From Paraphysomonas bandaiensis (lineage: Eukaryota > Protista > Chrysophyceae): a stretch of DNA of 64,000 nt. Position 1 is the first letter of the stretch. The number at the start of each line of letters is the position of its first letter. A program made the position numbers and the translations under genes. The stretch lies in assembly GCA_965644295.1 (NCBI GenBank), contig CBFFRP010000234.1:1-64000 (forward strand), read 5' to 3'. Positions 25,412-38,600 of the stretch are shown here, piece by piece. The notes below the pieces were generated by a model that searched no databases, had not been told where the DNA came from, and was given only the letters and a program-made list of their open reading frames with translations.

Positions 25412-26906
25412 CTGCTGTACATGCCTGCCTAAATTACATGCTTGAATGCATAAAAAATCAGGGATCCTCAAAATCGGGGTATTTTTGGTATATCGTAAAC
25501 TGATTGCATAAAAACAAGCAACAGCAGGCAGATCTGGCCACTGAGAGGATGACACGCCTGGCTCAATGGACCTCTGGGCCTTCCCATATCTATAAGCTGC
25601 ACATCTATACTACTATGTTGTTCTTATCGCTCTATCCGACAACTCCACGATCATCTTCTCTCCATAAACAGCATGTCATTGGCCTCATCATGCATCTGTG
25701 TGGCCAAGATATGGACAGCAGCAGGTAGCTCATGCAGTGCACCTGAACACGAGATAGCCTCGACACCTACTGCAGGAGGAAGTCACCTGTGTGTGCTTCA
25801 GTGATCCCCTTACCCCACACTACACACGCACCCAGAGTGCTAAATTGCTAATCTCAAGTGACCGCCTTCAACAGCAATTGCAAAGCACAGCCCAGAGCAG
25901 AATGCACAGTAAGAGTACCTTTTAATCGTTGCTCTCGATAAAATTTCAGTTCGGTGTCATGTTATATCGTGTTCATTTAGGTTAAAGTGTCTCAGTGGTT
26001 AATGCGCTTTTATGTAACCATTTTTATGTAGATTAAAGCGTTTATGTAATGTAGGCGGGCATACTTTGAATGTGTAAGTTTATAGATATGGTATCTAGAT
26101 ATTTACTACGATTCTACAGTTCATCTCTCCTCTTATATTCTGAGTAACGTAAGTGTAAGATCGCAACACGAACGACACTTTGCCTGCAACATGTAGTTTA
26201 GTTTAGTGTACTATTCCCTATATGCGTATAACGTACTCAGGAGTTGGTGTGGGCCTAATTTGTTCAACATATCTTATTGTACATCAAGTTGTCATTTTCA
26301 GACAGTGTGTTGAGAGGTATAGGTTGTGAAGGGCGAGGATAGAAGCTGTACGCATGGGGAGTATTATTTACCCTCATACGTTATCGTATCTGGAATATGC
26401 GTACTCTGTAATGTGTTCTGGGGAAAATAACATACTTAGAGCATTTGGCCGTCAGCTATTTACATATGTCATGTCGTACAGCTATAACAGTTGTAGATAT
26501 GTAGAGAATGTAATGCTGAGCACGTTCAATAAAATTTTATTCTCTATAACCCGCCTGCTGTATAGAGGGTTCAATAATGAAAAGTAAACAAATGTCGCCT
26601 ATTATTAATACGCCCTAGAGCTCATATGAAAATATAACTTAAACCATTCTATTTCTATAGAAAATAATATATGACCTGCGGTCGGTGGTATCTACAATAA
26701 GAAATGTAAAATCTACGAAAAAAATTTTCGATTAGGGAGTGTATTTTCGGTTCAGAGAGTCAAGAATTGGACTCATACATATGACTTTTTTGATCTTCAC
26801 GATTAAATTCGTAACGAAATTATGGGTGGTGAGGAGATTGTGGACGGAACGGTTTCCTAATTCATAGCCGAAAAATATTATGAATTTCAGAGGAATTCAA
26901 GGAGTA

Positions 26907-29900
26907 TTAGGACCTGGATTCCCCAAGAAGTGGCCAACTTTGGGCTCGACGTATTCCAGTACCAACAGTGACAAGGGGTTTGTCAGTGGTCACACCGACA
27001 GCTACGTGTGAGAGATGTGGGGCTGATAGGTGTCGGACTATCTTATTACTGCTGGGACGAACACCAACAAATCCAGGACTAATATTAGAGGACGTAGAAC
27101 TATTCTCCCGAACTGCTAATGGTTGGGTAGTGAAGTTGTTCTGGTTCACGAGAGTGTGGTTATAATTCATATTGGTCAGCTGTGCCAGAGAAGTGGGCAG
27201 CGAGGACAACGTGCGAGAACGCAGAAGAGGAAGGCTGCAAGTTGTGGACTTTCCCGTTTTAGAATACTTTTCGTCACCGAGAATAGTGCGAGTGCTTGAT
27301 ACTTCTGTAGGGAGCCAACGTGCTCGACTGTCTTGATGAAAAAAGAGGAACGGCCTCGCTGATGTCAGTTCGGTAGAGAGATCTACGTACTCTTGAGAAG
27401 ATACAATGGCTTCATTTGCTGATCCAATACTTTCACGGGATAATTGCTTATGGATCTTTCGGTCAACCGACGACTCCCACGACGACATTGTGATTCCAGA
27501 TATACATGATTTCTGTGAGGCCTCTCTGTGGAAGGTAGGAGAAAATAAAAAAGAGGGTCTTAGTGGAGCTAACCAAGAGGAATGACGCGACATCTCACTA
27601 TTTTCGACATCGCTATGCATAGATTTTATTGAACTTTTCTTCAATTTAATATGCGTCATAGAACAGCTCTTCTCATGTCTTTTCTCATGTCGCTCAGACA
27701 CCACTCCACCCGTTTTCACTTCATGCCCTGATAAAGCTTCATCCTTCCCGATAGACTTAAAGCGATCACATCCGAGCTTTTTATCCGTCCTTGAGCGAAA
27801 GAACGTACAAGTAGAATTGGACCGACAAAATTTCCTTGGAGTGGAATTAATGTCCGTAGTACCTTGCTCTGGAGAGCTAGCCGACGACGTGGTGTTCGCA
27901 GATGCATCCCAGAGAATTCTCCGCAGAGAAATCTTTCTGAGGGTTGGGTTTTCCTCCCTTTTAACTTTTCTACTTCGTTGGATAACTTCGGAGATAATGC
28001 TGTGTAACTTTTCGCGTGATTGCTTTCCTCTCCACATAGCCTATGCACAGTAACAATTAGTCGCCTATAAAGTGATGAACCATCCATACCTGAATTGCCA
28101 TGGCGCTGTTAAACTCTACTGACAAGTCTATCTCAGTAAATACTTCATCTTTCATCTTTGTCTCTAACTTTTTGATCGTCTTGTGCCTTGTCATCTTTCG
28201 CATACAATACAGCAGCTCCTGTCTTTGCTGATTGGACATAGCTGTAATACTATTTGCGCCCTTCGTTTTAAACTGAGATCGGCGCACCAATGCAGCGATA
28301 ACGTCGACGAAATACACACGCCCTCTAGAATCTTCTTTCAAGTCCAGGCTTCGGATAAACGAAAGAATAAAGTTGCGATAGAGCTGACGCTGTCTACTGT
28401 CTCCCAAAGCAAGGTTGGTCTCCGGGAGATTACTTATGCCAAGTGGGGAGGGAATTGTGTGAATCAACTTCACCAATGCATAGCACGGAAGTCTGTCCTT
28501 GTCTTCAACACTAAGTTCGTCATGAATTTGTGCCCAAATCTCAATGAAGTCTTGTAAGTTTTTTTGCTGAACTTTGTTTGGGTCCGCGGCAAGTGCGGCC
28601 TCAAAATTCTCCAAAATAACAGCAATAAATAAGTTAAGCATCATGTATCTGCAAGTGATAAGGAACAGAGCAAAATATGGGACGGCTACATAATAACCCC
28701 GGTTTCGCAGGTAGTGCATGATATCATTCCAATTTTCGCCAGTCATACAGCGAAAAAGCAAAAGCATCGTTGACCCGAAATGTTCAAAATTGTTGTATTT
28801 AGTAAACAAATCACCATCTCGCTTCGCCGTCCCAAAGATATTCATTCCTGTGATGGTAAATACGAAAAACGTCAAAAACAGCAAAGAGCCAACGTTGAGA
28901 AGAGAAGGAAGTGAGAAAATAAGTGTTTTCAACAAAATAATTAGATTCTTCGAGCTTTTCACTAGTCGTAAAATACGCCCAATGCGCAGTACGCGAAAGA
29001 TAGTCACATTGACAATAATGGACATCCCAGATACATCCAATATTGCACAAACAACAATCAAAACGTCAAATCTATTCCAGTTATTTTTCGAAAAATGATA
29101 GAAACCAACCGCAAGAAAGCGGAACAAAAGTTCAACGCTAAATATCAGAGTGAACATGACATCCAAGTAATAAACAACATCCGTCATCAATGCCGGCTGA
29201 TTGTAGTGTATAACAGTCATCAGAAATATGTTCAGCAGTATTACCACATCCATGACTAACACAAATCTTGGATTTTGAACAAGGAAGTATATTGGTCGCT
29301 GTAAACCACACATATCTGTCTCCGAAGGCACTGGTGCCTGATTTTGAGGGCGAGCTGACATAGCCACTTTAAGGTCACTCAGCCACTTCTGCTGCTCTTC
29401 TGTCAGAAAAACACTACCTTTGTCTAGCATTCTCGCCCTGTTAAATTTGTGCACAATAATGCCAACAAAAAGATTCGTAATGAAAAAGGATCCAACAATG
29501 ATGAACGAAATAAAATATAAAGCATAGAACCTTGAGTTGTTAATCACAGGGTGATGAGTTTTATTTTCGACAATATCCATAGCGGGATACATGATGTCCG
29601 TCCATCCCTCCATCGTTGAGAGCTCAAACAAAGTTAGAAGAGCATTCCCAATGTTGTCAAAATTAGATGTTGCAGTTTTCCATTCAAGTTGGGCATCATA
29701 TCCACCAGAATTCGTTACATGGCCAGTACAGTTCACCATATCCAACGAGTACCGAAACTCATCTTCGTAATTAGAATTTTCAGAGCTGTCCCAACTACCC
29801 GTCGCTTTGCAGGAATATAAACGGCCACGAAACATGGAAGTTCCCAGGATAGCAAAAGTTAAGAGGAACACACTCACTACGACAACGAAGTTAATAAGAG

Positions 29901-32900
29901 GGGGAATGACAAGTATGATCGCGTTTACAACCGCGCGCATGCCTGGAGAACGAGAAACAACTCGTAGTGGACGCAGAGCACGAAAAATTCTGAAAGACTT
30001 CAAGAACGTCAAGTCAAAAGAACTGAGTGATAATGATAGGACTGATATAACAACAACAACGAAATCCAAAATGTTCCAACCATTTTTCAAATATCCCTGT
30101 GGAGTGTTGTACACACCCATTGCTATCATTTTGACGAGCATTTCCAACGCGAAGAATGTCGTAAAGAATATATCAGAAATGCGAATTGTTAAGCCCAACG
30201 CTGAGCCACTACTGACTCCAGGCTCATCCAGAGCTAAAAATAAACTGAACAGTCATATGAGAAGTACAGCAAATAATCGGTCGCACAGTTTACCTGCTTG
30301 TTACAATCATACACATCACCAATATTTCCGTGTACTTGTGAATTACAATTAGGGCGCAAAAGCGGCGAACAGGACTGTCTCCATAAAATAAGCCAAACGA
30401 CACGTCCTCGAGCATTGCGTTAAGCTCATTGAGCCTTTCGCTCTCCCTAGCTTTTTTCCTTTTCTTTTGTGCCTCTTTCGACGACAGTAGCCACTCAGAT
30501 ATTTGCTCTCCCTGATCCCCTAGCCTATAAAGACTGCGATCATCACAAAAACGGATGTCCCTGTCAGCACTAATTTTTCTGACTCTACAACTGTGTTTCA
30601 TCGAATTCGGTGGGGTACTAGATGAGTTGTTAGAGTACGGAGTAACTACAGATGAACCATCATCGTCATGAAATGGGTCATCATCCTTCTCCATATCATG
30701 TCGCATAACACATACTGGTAAGAGGATACGGCGAAATACAAGCTCTTGTCCCATTGCCACTGCCTGTGCAACTGAGTCTACAACTTTCCGATCAAGGAGT
30801 ATGTCTACCACCTCTACGGCCATAAAACAATCGTTGAAGTATTGGTTACCCCTTCTATATTGTCCACAAACAATGTCACCAAGAACTGCTCTGCGATAGG
30901 CGTCTTCCTGAAGAAAAATATTGCCTTCTTCATTAGCATGCTTCATATCGTCATCCCATCCTCCCCACTTCGACTGTATATAATTCAATTTCCGCCCGGT
31001 ACACACAGACGCCGGGTGCGTGGGCAATGTTCGAACCCGACTGATGCTCTTTCTACTACTAGATTTCCGGCCTAACACAAACTGTACAGAACGCGCGATC
31101 ACCGATTCATCACCGCGTTCATTATCTGAGTCAAAATCGTCGTCAAATAATTCGCCTCCATCAGATGACATCGAGTCGTTACGGTCTCCTCTCTCCTCTT
31201 TTGTTGTTTTATTTCCAGACCAGGATGCTGGTAGTAGATTCTGAATAAACATGTATCCAAAGGCGACCCACACTTTGTGCTTTATTATCTTGAAAAATGC
31301 CCCTGTTACTGTAGACAATACTACTTGAACATCGCGTTGTTGATCTAACTGTTCGTAGTACGAAATTCTGTCCTCCCGATATCGCCCCTCACTAAAATTC
31401 TCCAGAAGAATCGCCAAGAACAGGTTAAGCACAATCATGTTCCCAATTCCGTATACAATCACATAGTATATTCCGCCTATAACTGGGTTGTATTCCATCC
31501 CTCGAAACAACAGGTCGCTCCAATTTTCTCCAGACACCACCTGAAAAGTGGACACGAAGGCTTGGAAAAAGGTATCATAGTTGGCCCGGGGAGTACCATA
31601 CTGAAAGTCGTTGTCATTCAACCTTCCAGCAAACAGAGACATCCCCGCAACGGCACAGACAAAGATATAGAGAAACAAAACAATGCAAAAGTACCCTAAC
31701 CCCGGACCGGACTTAAACACAGCATATACTAGATGTTGAAGGGACTCCCACCTGCTTAAGAGTTTGAATGTACGAAACACTCTTAATGTACGAAATGCAG
31801 AGAGAGCGCTAGCTGTGGTTGAGGTAAAAAGTTCTATCACACTCACTAACACGATCGCCATGTCTAGAATGTTGAACCCAACTCGAAAGAAAGTCGTTAT
31901 GTTCTCAGCCACGATGCGGACTACAAGTTCAATGACGAACAGGACAGTACACGTAGTGTTGATATCGTTCGCAATCGCCTCCGCTTTACCCTCTGCACCA
32001 TTAGCTTCCACGGCTAGAGAAGCGATGTTAAGTACAATAAGTAGTACAACAACCCAATGAAAATTAGTATTATCTGCCAACGACTTTACTCTTTGTTTCA
32101 GATTTGCGTAAAACTTATTCTTTGTGAAAAATACACGACAATTCTGTGGTATGAGCCCGTGGTCTGCCAGCAAGTCCACAAGCGGTGGCAATTGTTTCTT
32201 TATATTAGAAGGCCGGTGAGTAGTGACCCCAGGTGTAAAACCATTGTCTGAAATGTGCACATCCTCGTCAACGGTGTCAATATACGACTGGTATATAACT
32301 GCTATAAGAAGGTTGACCACGAAATAGGAACCCAGAAACACGAGGATCACAAAGTAAGCAGCAGATGCCTCTCCTGATGCATCCATAACTTCGTACATGA
32401 TAGATGACCAACCTTTATAGTATTCTTGAGATAGCTCAGAAATAGAAAACACACCCACCTTCTAGAGATATGAGTACAAAAATAGAAAGAAATGAATTCG
32501 GGGTATTATCGAAGTTTTGGTAGGGGTTAAGATTAGGGTTCGGTCTATTAGTGCCAGGGTAATGGTCCTGACATATCTCGCTCTTTGCACACTGCACTCC
32601 ACTTGTGCGATCCATAGAGCACAGATCATCACTAATTTCGTATGAATTTCCATATGTCTCTTGGACATCCTCGGGGAAGCAACGTTGCCTTAACCTGCCC
32701 ATGTACAGCTGTGTACCAAATATACCTACACTCAGCTTTAAAGGTTGAAGACAAGACAAATATATATACCGAACAGAAGAAATATAAAACTCAGTAGATA
32801 ACCCACACTGATAAGTCGAGGAATTGCATCTAGAACTGCTTTTACAAGTCGTTTCAGACCTTGAACATTGTTAACTGTCTTCAGGACCTGTACAGTGACT

Positions 32901-33680
32901 TATAAGCAAGACACGCAAATAGCGATCACAAACGCACTTTAAGTATACGGATCGCACGAATAAAAGAGAAATTGCTAATAGATGCCACACCAAAGACGGA
33001 AAGCAGCGACGGCAGCCATCCAAGCAAAAGCACGGTGAAATCTAACCTGCGCTAGCCTATTTACTATCTGTATATTAAAACAGCAACAACACCAACCGGT
33101 TCCAGTGATCGAGAAAGTATCCAGCTGGGGATCCTATTACTCCCATTGCTACTAGTTTTATACAAAATTCGGCCAGAAATATAGAATTAAATACAAACTC
33201 TGCAATATTAAACATCTGTAATTAAGTCAGCCAATTGGTTGCTTTAGGACTTAAATCTACTTACGGCGCTGTTTCCATCGTTTAAAGGATTATCAGCCGC
33301 AATGAACAATGCATTCCCAATTATTGAAAGTAAAATAAATCTATCAAATCCTGGATGTAGCAGCAGCTTAACACAGAATACACGAATAGGATTCTCGAGA
33401 TAAAAGCATCCAAGAGTGATTTCATCTAAGACGCTCCATACACTCATGTTGCCTTCATTAAACCACTTGCTAACTTGCTCTACAGTAATTAATTCTGAAG
33501 AAGAGTCTTCGAACTCTGATGTGATCCAATTACGCACTGTGTCATTGCATCAGTAATACATACATGGCGCATAGAATATTTACCCTCAGCCTGGCCTCTC
33601 AGTCTATCCATAAGAGACTTTTGGTATGGTTTAGGTTCCAATCCACCGCCAGGAGAGAGTCGCGTGGCAGGGATATACAT
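26907..33680 (-). CDS. Four-domain voltage-gated Ca2+ channel alpha subunit (EEEE filter, IQ motif, DEP-like insert in II-III linker)
   Basis: Pore loops SLEGW / SGENW / TMEGW / TGENW; S4 segments RAIRILKVLK, FRTLRVFRTFKLLSR, KSFRIFRALRPLRVVSR, FRVLRIGRILRLVK; III-IV linker FLTEEQQKW; IQ motif AIQAMWRGKQSR across an intron; several GT-AG introns (e.g. 33537-33583). Confidence 0.93.
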
Positions 33681-34398
33681 CGTAATAGAATGTTTTCGTC
33701 TCTCAATAATTCTCTGAGTATCTCCTGTTTGATCTAATTACTTCCACCGCACTCGTTAACATCATTGATTTATTCACACAGCACCTCATTGGTACAGAGC
33801 CAAGCACATTCATCAATGAACGGGATCGGACGTCTTTCCTACTCGACTAGATAAGAAGATTATATCGTTCTTCATGCAGTTTGTTCACTGCGAGTTGATG
33901 TGATTTAATGGGCGGGTATCAAATCTGAGAGAAATTAGATGAAGAAGTGTCGAATAGAATTCCTACACCACCTCCAATCAGATGTCTACAATATGTAATA
34001 GAGAGAATCCACTGGGACGAGGATATCCTGTATTTTTAGAATTAAAGTTGTTGTTTGTTCAATAATATGGGGTTTTTATGAATAAATGTTGGTATAGATG
34101 TACGAGTATATCCATATGACACACTACTGGAGCTGCTATGGGGTGTGTGGGCAGTAGGAACTGCACACAGCAGTATGATCCACAGCACAGAGCATGCCAT
34201 ATGGTTGATGCGTATATGTATACACACACAGAAGCTCTAGATGATCGCATTGTATCACATCACTTAACATAACTCCACAACAACACCACCACCACTACAA
34301 CCCTATCCCCACCAAACCCCGGTGCATCTTATTGCCTCCCAACAGACAGTTTAATACCTAGCTATCCTCCCTCCATAAGCGAGCTGTGCTGTATAGTA

Positions 34399-35043
34399 AT
34401 GCAGAAGATCCCCCGCAACTACTCCGAGAGATTCGAACAAGGAAAGTCTGATGTTGACCTCTTGAACAACAGGAATGTGGAGTGGATGAACTATCGTTTC
34501 TTCAGACTCAGTTACATCATATTTATATTAGTCGTATGGGCGGTGTTGCACATGTCGCAGGTCTTCTCCCCGGCAGAGGAGTGGACTGTTGTCAATGTCG
34601 TTCATGGAGTGGTGAGAACAGAATATTTATTACTATTTCGTGGGGTAATAACTTATCGTAGACGACTTTTGTCTTGTTGCATTGGATAAAGGGGTGCCCT
34701 GACGAGACGACGCAGGGTGAATACAATGCTCTCACTGTTTATGAGCAAGTAGATGCTGGAACTCCCTGGACTACGACGAAAAAGTTTCTTATGTTGGTCC
34801 CCACTCTTTTGTAAGTTTGGGTATTAGTTATTGATGATGTTGCCGTTATATTTCTCATTCAGAGTTTGGATATCGTGCCACGCCGCAGATTATCGGCCGA
34901 TCTATGTTGTCGTTAACTCTGGAGTTTTCCTTATTTTGATCATCGCCAAGATACCTGAGATGCATCGGGTTAGGCTTTTCGGTATCAATTCAACCCCTGG
35001 TATCGATACCAAGATTGAATACTCACCTAATAAGTCTGATTAG
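34399..35043 (+). CDS. ORMDL: ORM1-like sphingolipid synthesis regulator
   Basis: NRNVEWMN, WTVVNVVH, LHWIKGCP, LTVYEQVDAG, TKKFLMLVP, IAKIPEMHRVRLFGIN; two introns. Confidence 0.9.
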
Positions 35044-35689
35044 TTCATGTTTCGATTGCATATGTTTGAAGTATTTCCTGCTTTTTATGACTTTGGGTTG
35101 TATTTGATTACTTCGCTCATCTGATAAATTTATACCTCCTGTAGCTTGACAGTATACATACAACTATGTTCTTTTAGCAGTTCGTTGAATAATGAACATT
35201 TCCTTATAACTTACTGCCATTCTATATGCGTTTAGATTATTCACTGGCTCCAGTCATATTAGCTACGTAGTAGGTGTAATCACAAACACAATGAAGTGTA
35301 AACCTGTAAGAATGCGTAATTAACGTAACTACTTTAGGGAATACTGATTGTTACTAGAAATGGCCACCAAACTATTCCTGCCTCATATCTGGCCTCAATA
35401 CTCATCTTATCACACCTAGCACCTAAGCAATACCAGTAGCTACTGCCTATCCTATATGAACATCTACCTTGTTTATGGCTCAATGAACCATGCAGTTTTG
35501 TTACAGTTTTTACTTTAAGCGACGTATGCGTGCTTAAGCGTAAGGAAATGAGAAAGCAAGAAAATTTGACCCATTGACATATATTCATACCACGACATAT
35601 TTTCCTTTTCAGGCGAAAAACAATACAAAACACAGATCACGATGTAAACTCCATACATGCAGTTATACCAAAACTGGTCTACATCAGTG

Positions 35690-38600
35690 TCATACAATTT
35701 CGAATGTACATGCATTTTGAAAGGCATATATAAGTTTTCTCTGTAAGGTGTCTTTATCGGGGTAATCCGGAATATCAAGATGAAAGAAACATGTATGTGC
35801 AATTGGAAGCGCTGAGCTACTTCTCTGGCCACGGACATTTATAGTAAACTCATCACCCGTGCTACTCGAGGAGGGCAAACTTGCACTCCCCGTAACAAAA
35901 ACCATGAATTTACGCAGCATATCCTCACTGAAGGCCATCACTATTTCGTTAAGCCACTGTGGAACCTTACTCTTCCTTCTAAATCCACTGAACCGAAAGG
36001 CAGCCACAACGCTAGCCGAATTTATTTTCGAGTCACCGCATATTAAAACTCTCCAGTCAAGATGGCTCAAAAGTGTCATAAAGGGAGCACCCTCAACGGA
36101 TAAGGCATTCAGGCCCTCGGAAAACCCATCCTTTATTGCCTGAAGGCCAATTTCGCGATCAATGATGAGAATTTTTTCAATTGATTTCTTGACGAAAAGA
36201 GACTTATTCTTGTCAGTAACAGGTCCAAGTTCTGGAGCACCAACTGATTCAAAATGCAAACCGAAATCGTTAACGTTACCAGTTGCCAGAGCCCACTGTA
36301 GAGAACGCGCCATGGTCGGGTCAAACATTTGAAGGTCACGAATAGTCGGTGGTGTACCGGTGATATACTTAAACACTGACGGGCAAAGTTTGCTCCCAAT
36401 CCTACATCCTTCGTAGAGTGATTTTATGAGTAACCGCCCGAATATATTATATATCTCCAGTCTTTCAGCACCAATGCTTTTAGATGCAGCAGGAAGGAAA
36501 TACGTGTTACTCACTCGTACTTCACTGGGACTGCCATTTATCGTTCCACTTATTTCGCGTTGTACAGAAGCAGATCCTTCAAAGATGCTTCCACCGTCAG
36601 TCAAAATCGCTTCAAAGAATATGCTGAATAATTCCTGAAGCATACCGCCTTCATCTACACCTGCTTCACCTTCAAATGTAACCCGCAGAAGTGCCCTCAT
36701 TCTGCCAAGAGGAATAGATTGAAAAACCCGAAGCATATCGTCTACTACGTGCTCTCGTCGTATCGTTATTCTTTCAAGGTTGGTTCTGTTCTCAGATCTT
36801 ACTCGTTTGAATAAGTCACGTACGGCATGTAGCTTCCTATTCTGATCCACGACCTCGCCTTCCAGAACCATTTGATCGACAAAAGTACTGCGAATATAAG
36901 GGTGGTTTAGGGCATGCGCAGCAGTTGGGCGCTTGGACGAGTCAATATCGAGTAGACTTTGAATTAAATTCGCCAATTCAGCATCACAACTTGAAGGAAT
37001 GACCGTATTTCCGGGAATTACTCTGTTTAACTCATTTGGGAAATGTAGAAAGAAGAGCACTACCCCAACGCTATACATATCACTCGCAAACACAGCGGGT
37101 TTACCCGATTCCACCTGTAATATACACGTTGATTAGGTGGCAAGACTAGAAAGGAGTGAGTACGATCTACGAGAATGAACACTTAAAATAAGAAACCGGA
37201 AAGCATATCACAACAATATTCCAGTACCATACCTCAGGTGCAACGAATCCTCTGGCATCAGGTGTAAATGGAGTCATTTGTTCGATATCAATATCATCAT
37301 CTTCAGACATTCTACGGGCCACTGCAAACAATAATGAAACTACGAAAACAACAAGTTTCGATTTCCATCTCACAATCAAAGTCTGAAATTACCGCACGAC
37401 CATCAGGATGCATCAAAATATTTGAAGGTTTTATATCCTACATAGAGTAACATTATTCTTGAGTATACTTTTACGAAAGAGTGTAGTGATTGTACAATAG
37501 CGAATACCACATCATGGGACAGAAGTCAAACCTTGTGTACTATGTGATGGTCGTGTAGACACATCACACCATAGAGTAGCTGGCGAGCCACTGATTGAAG
37601 CTCCCATGGTTTACGGGCTTCATTTGTCACCCACGATTTTAGGTTTCCACCCGCAAAGTAAGGGTATTCAATAAATACAGTTGCTCGATACATGTTATAC
37701 TCCCGTGTGCTCTTGGGACACAACTCAACGAAGTCGGTAACATCTCTGTCAACATCATCTACAATCGCCAAAGGCGTAACAAGGAATTCACTCTTAATGC
37801 TGCCCAGGATACTTATTTCTCTCTCCAAACCAGAGCGCTGAATTTCGTCTGTCATACGGAAGCCTTTGAGCACTACATCTCGATCATCAAAAGTAGCTCG
37901 CAGCAGCACGTGACGTGATCGTGCGATCTCTTCAACGCCAAATAGGGGCTTTACGTCGTCATATTCATTCAAAGTTCTGTGTACCAGATTTCCGTACTTA
38001 GCGAATCCGCCATCCCCAAGAAGAGATCCCGCCCAAAGCAAATCAGGAAGATAAAAAAAGAGTTCTGGTGCCACTGTTTGGGCAAACGATCGTAAATTTC
38101 TATACCACGACCGCATCTCACGTCGAAAATCCCGTACACTTTTCTCCGCTTTATACAGTTGTTCTTTCATAGTGGCTTCTTCACAGGAAGCGTCTCCAAC
38201 GGTTTTCGCACGAGGATTTCGACGCTGAGCCTTGATTGCCAACTTTTCCAGATTTGATTTTGCATCAATCCGTGAATTTTCGAGTTCAACTAAAAGTTCC
38301 TCGTTTTTCGTATTTTCTTCCATCATTGCATCACATCGAGAGCTGAGTGAAGCTTTGCGCTCGCTCCACTGTTCTAATAGTTCTATCCATTCGTTTACTT
38401 CATTGCGCAAATCAACAACATCCATTTCATCTGAATTAATGTGATTGTGTACACTTGATACGATACCATAGCCTTTCTGGCAGGTAGACCGAAGTAAGCT
38501 ACTTGAAATGTTGGTCACACTTTCTAACGCTACCAACTCCTCCTCAATTGACTTTACCACTTCCCGCCTTAAATCAAGAGCCCTAGTTTCAACGTCCTCA

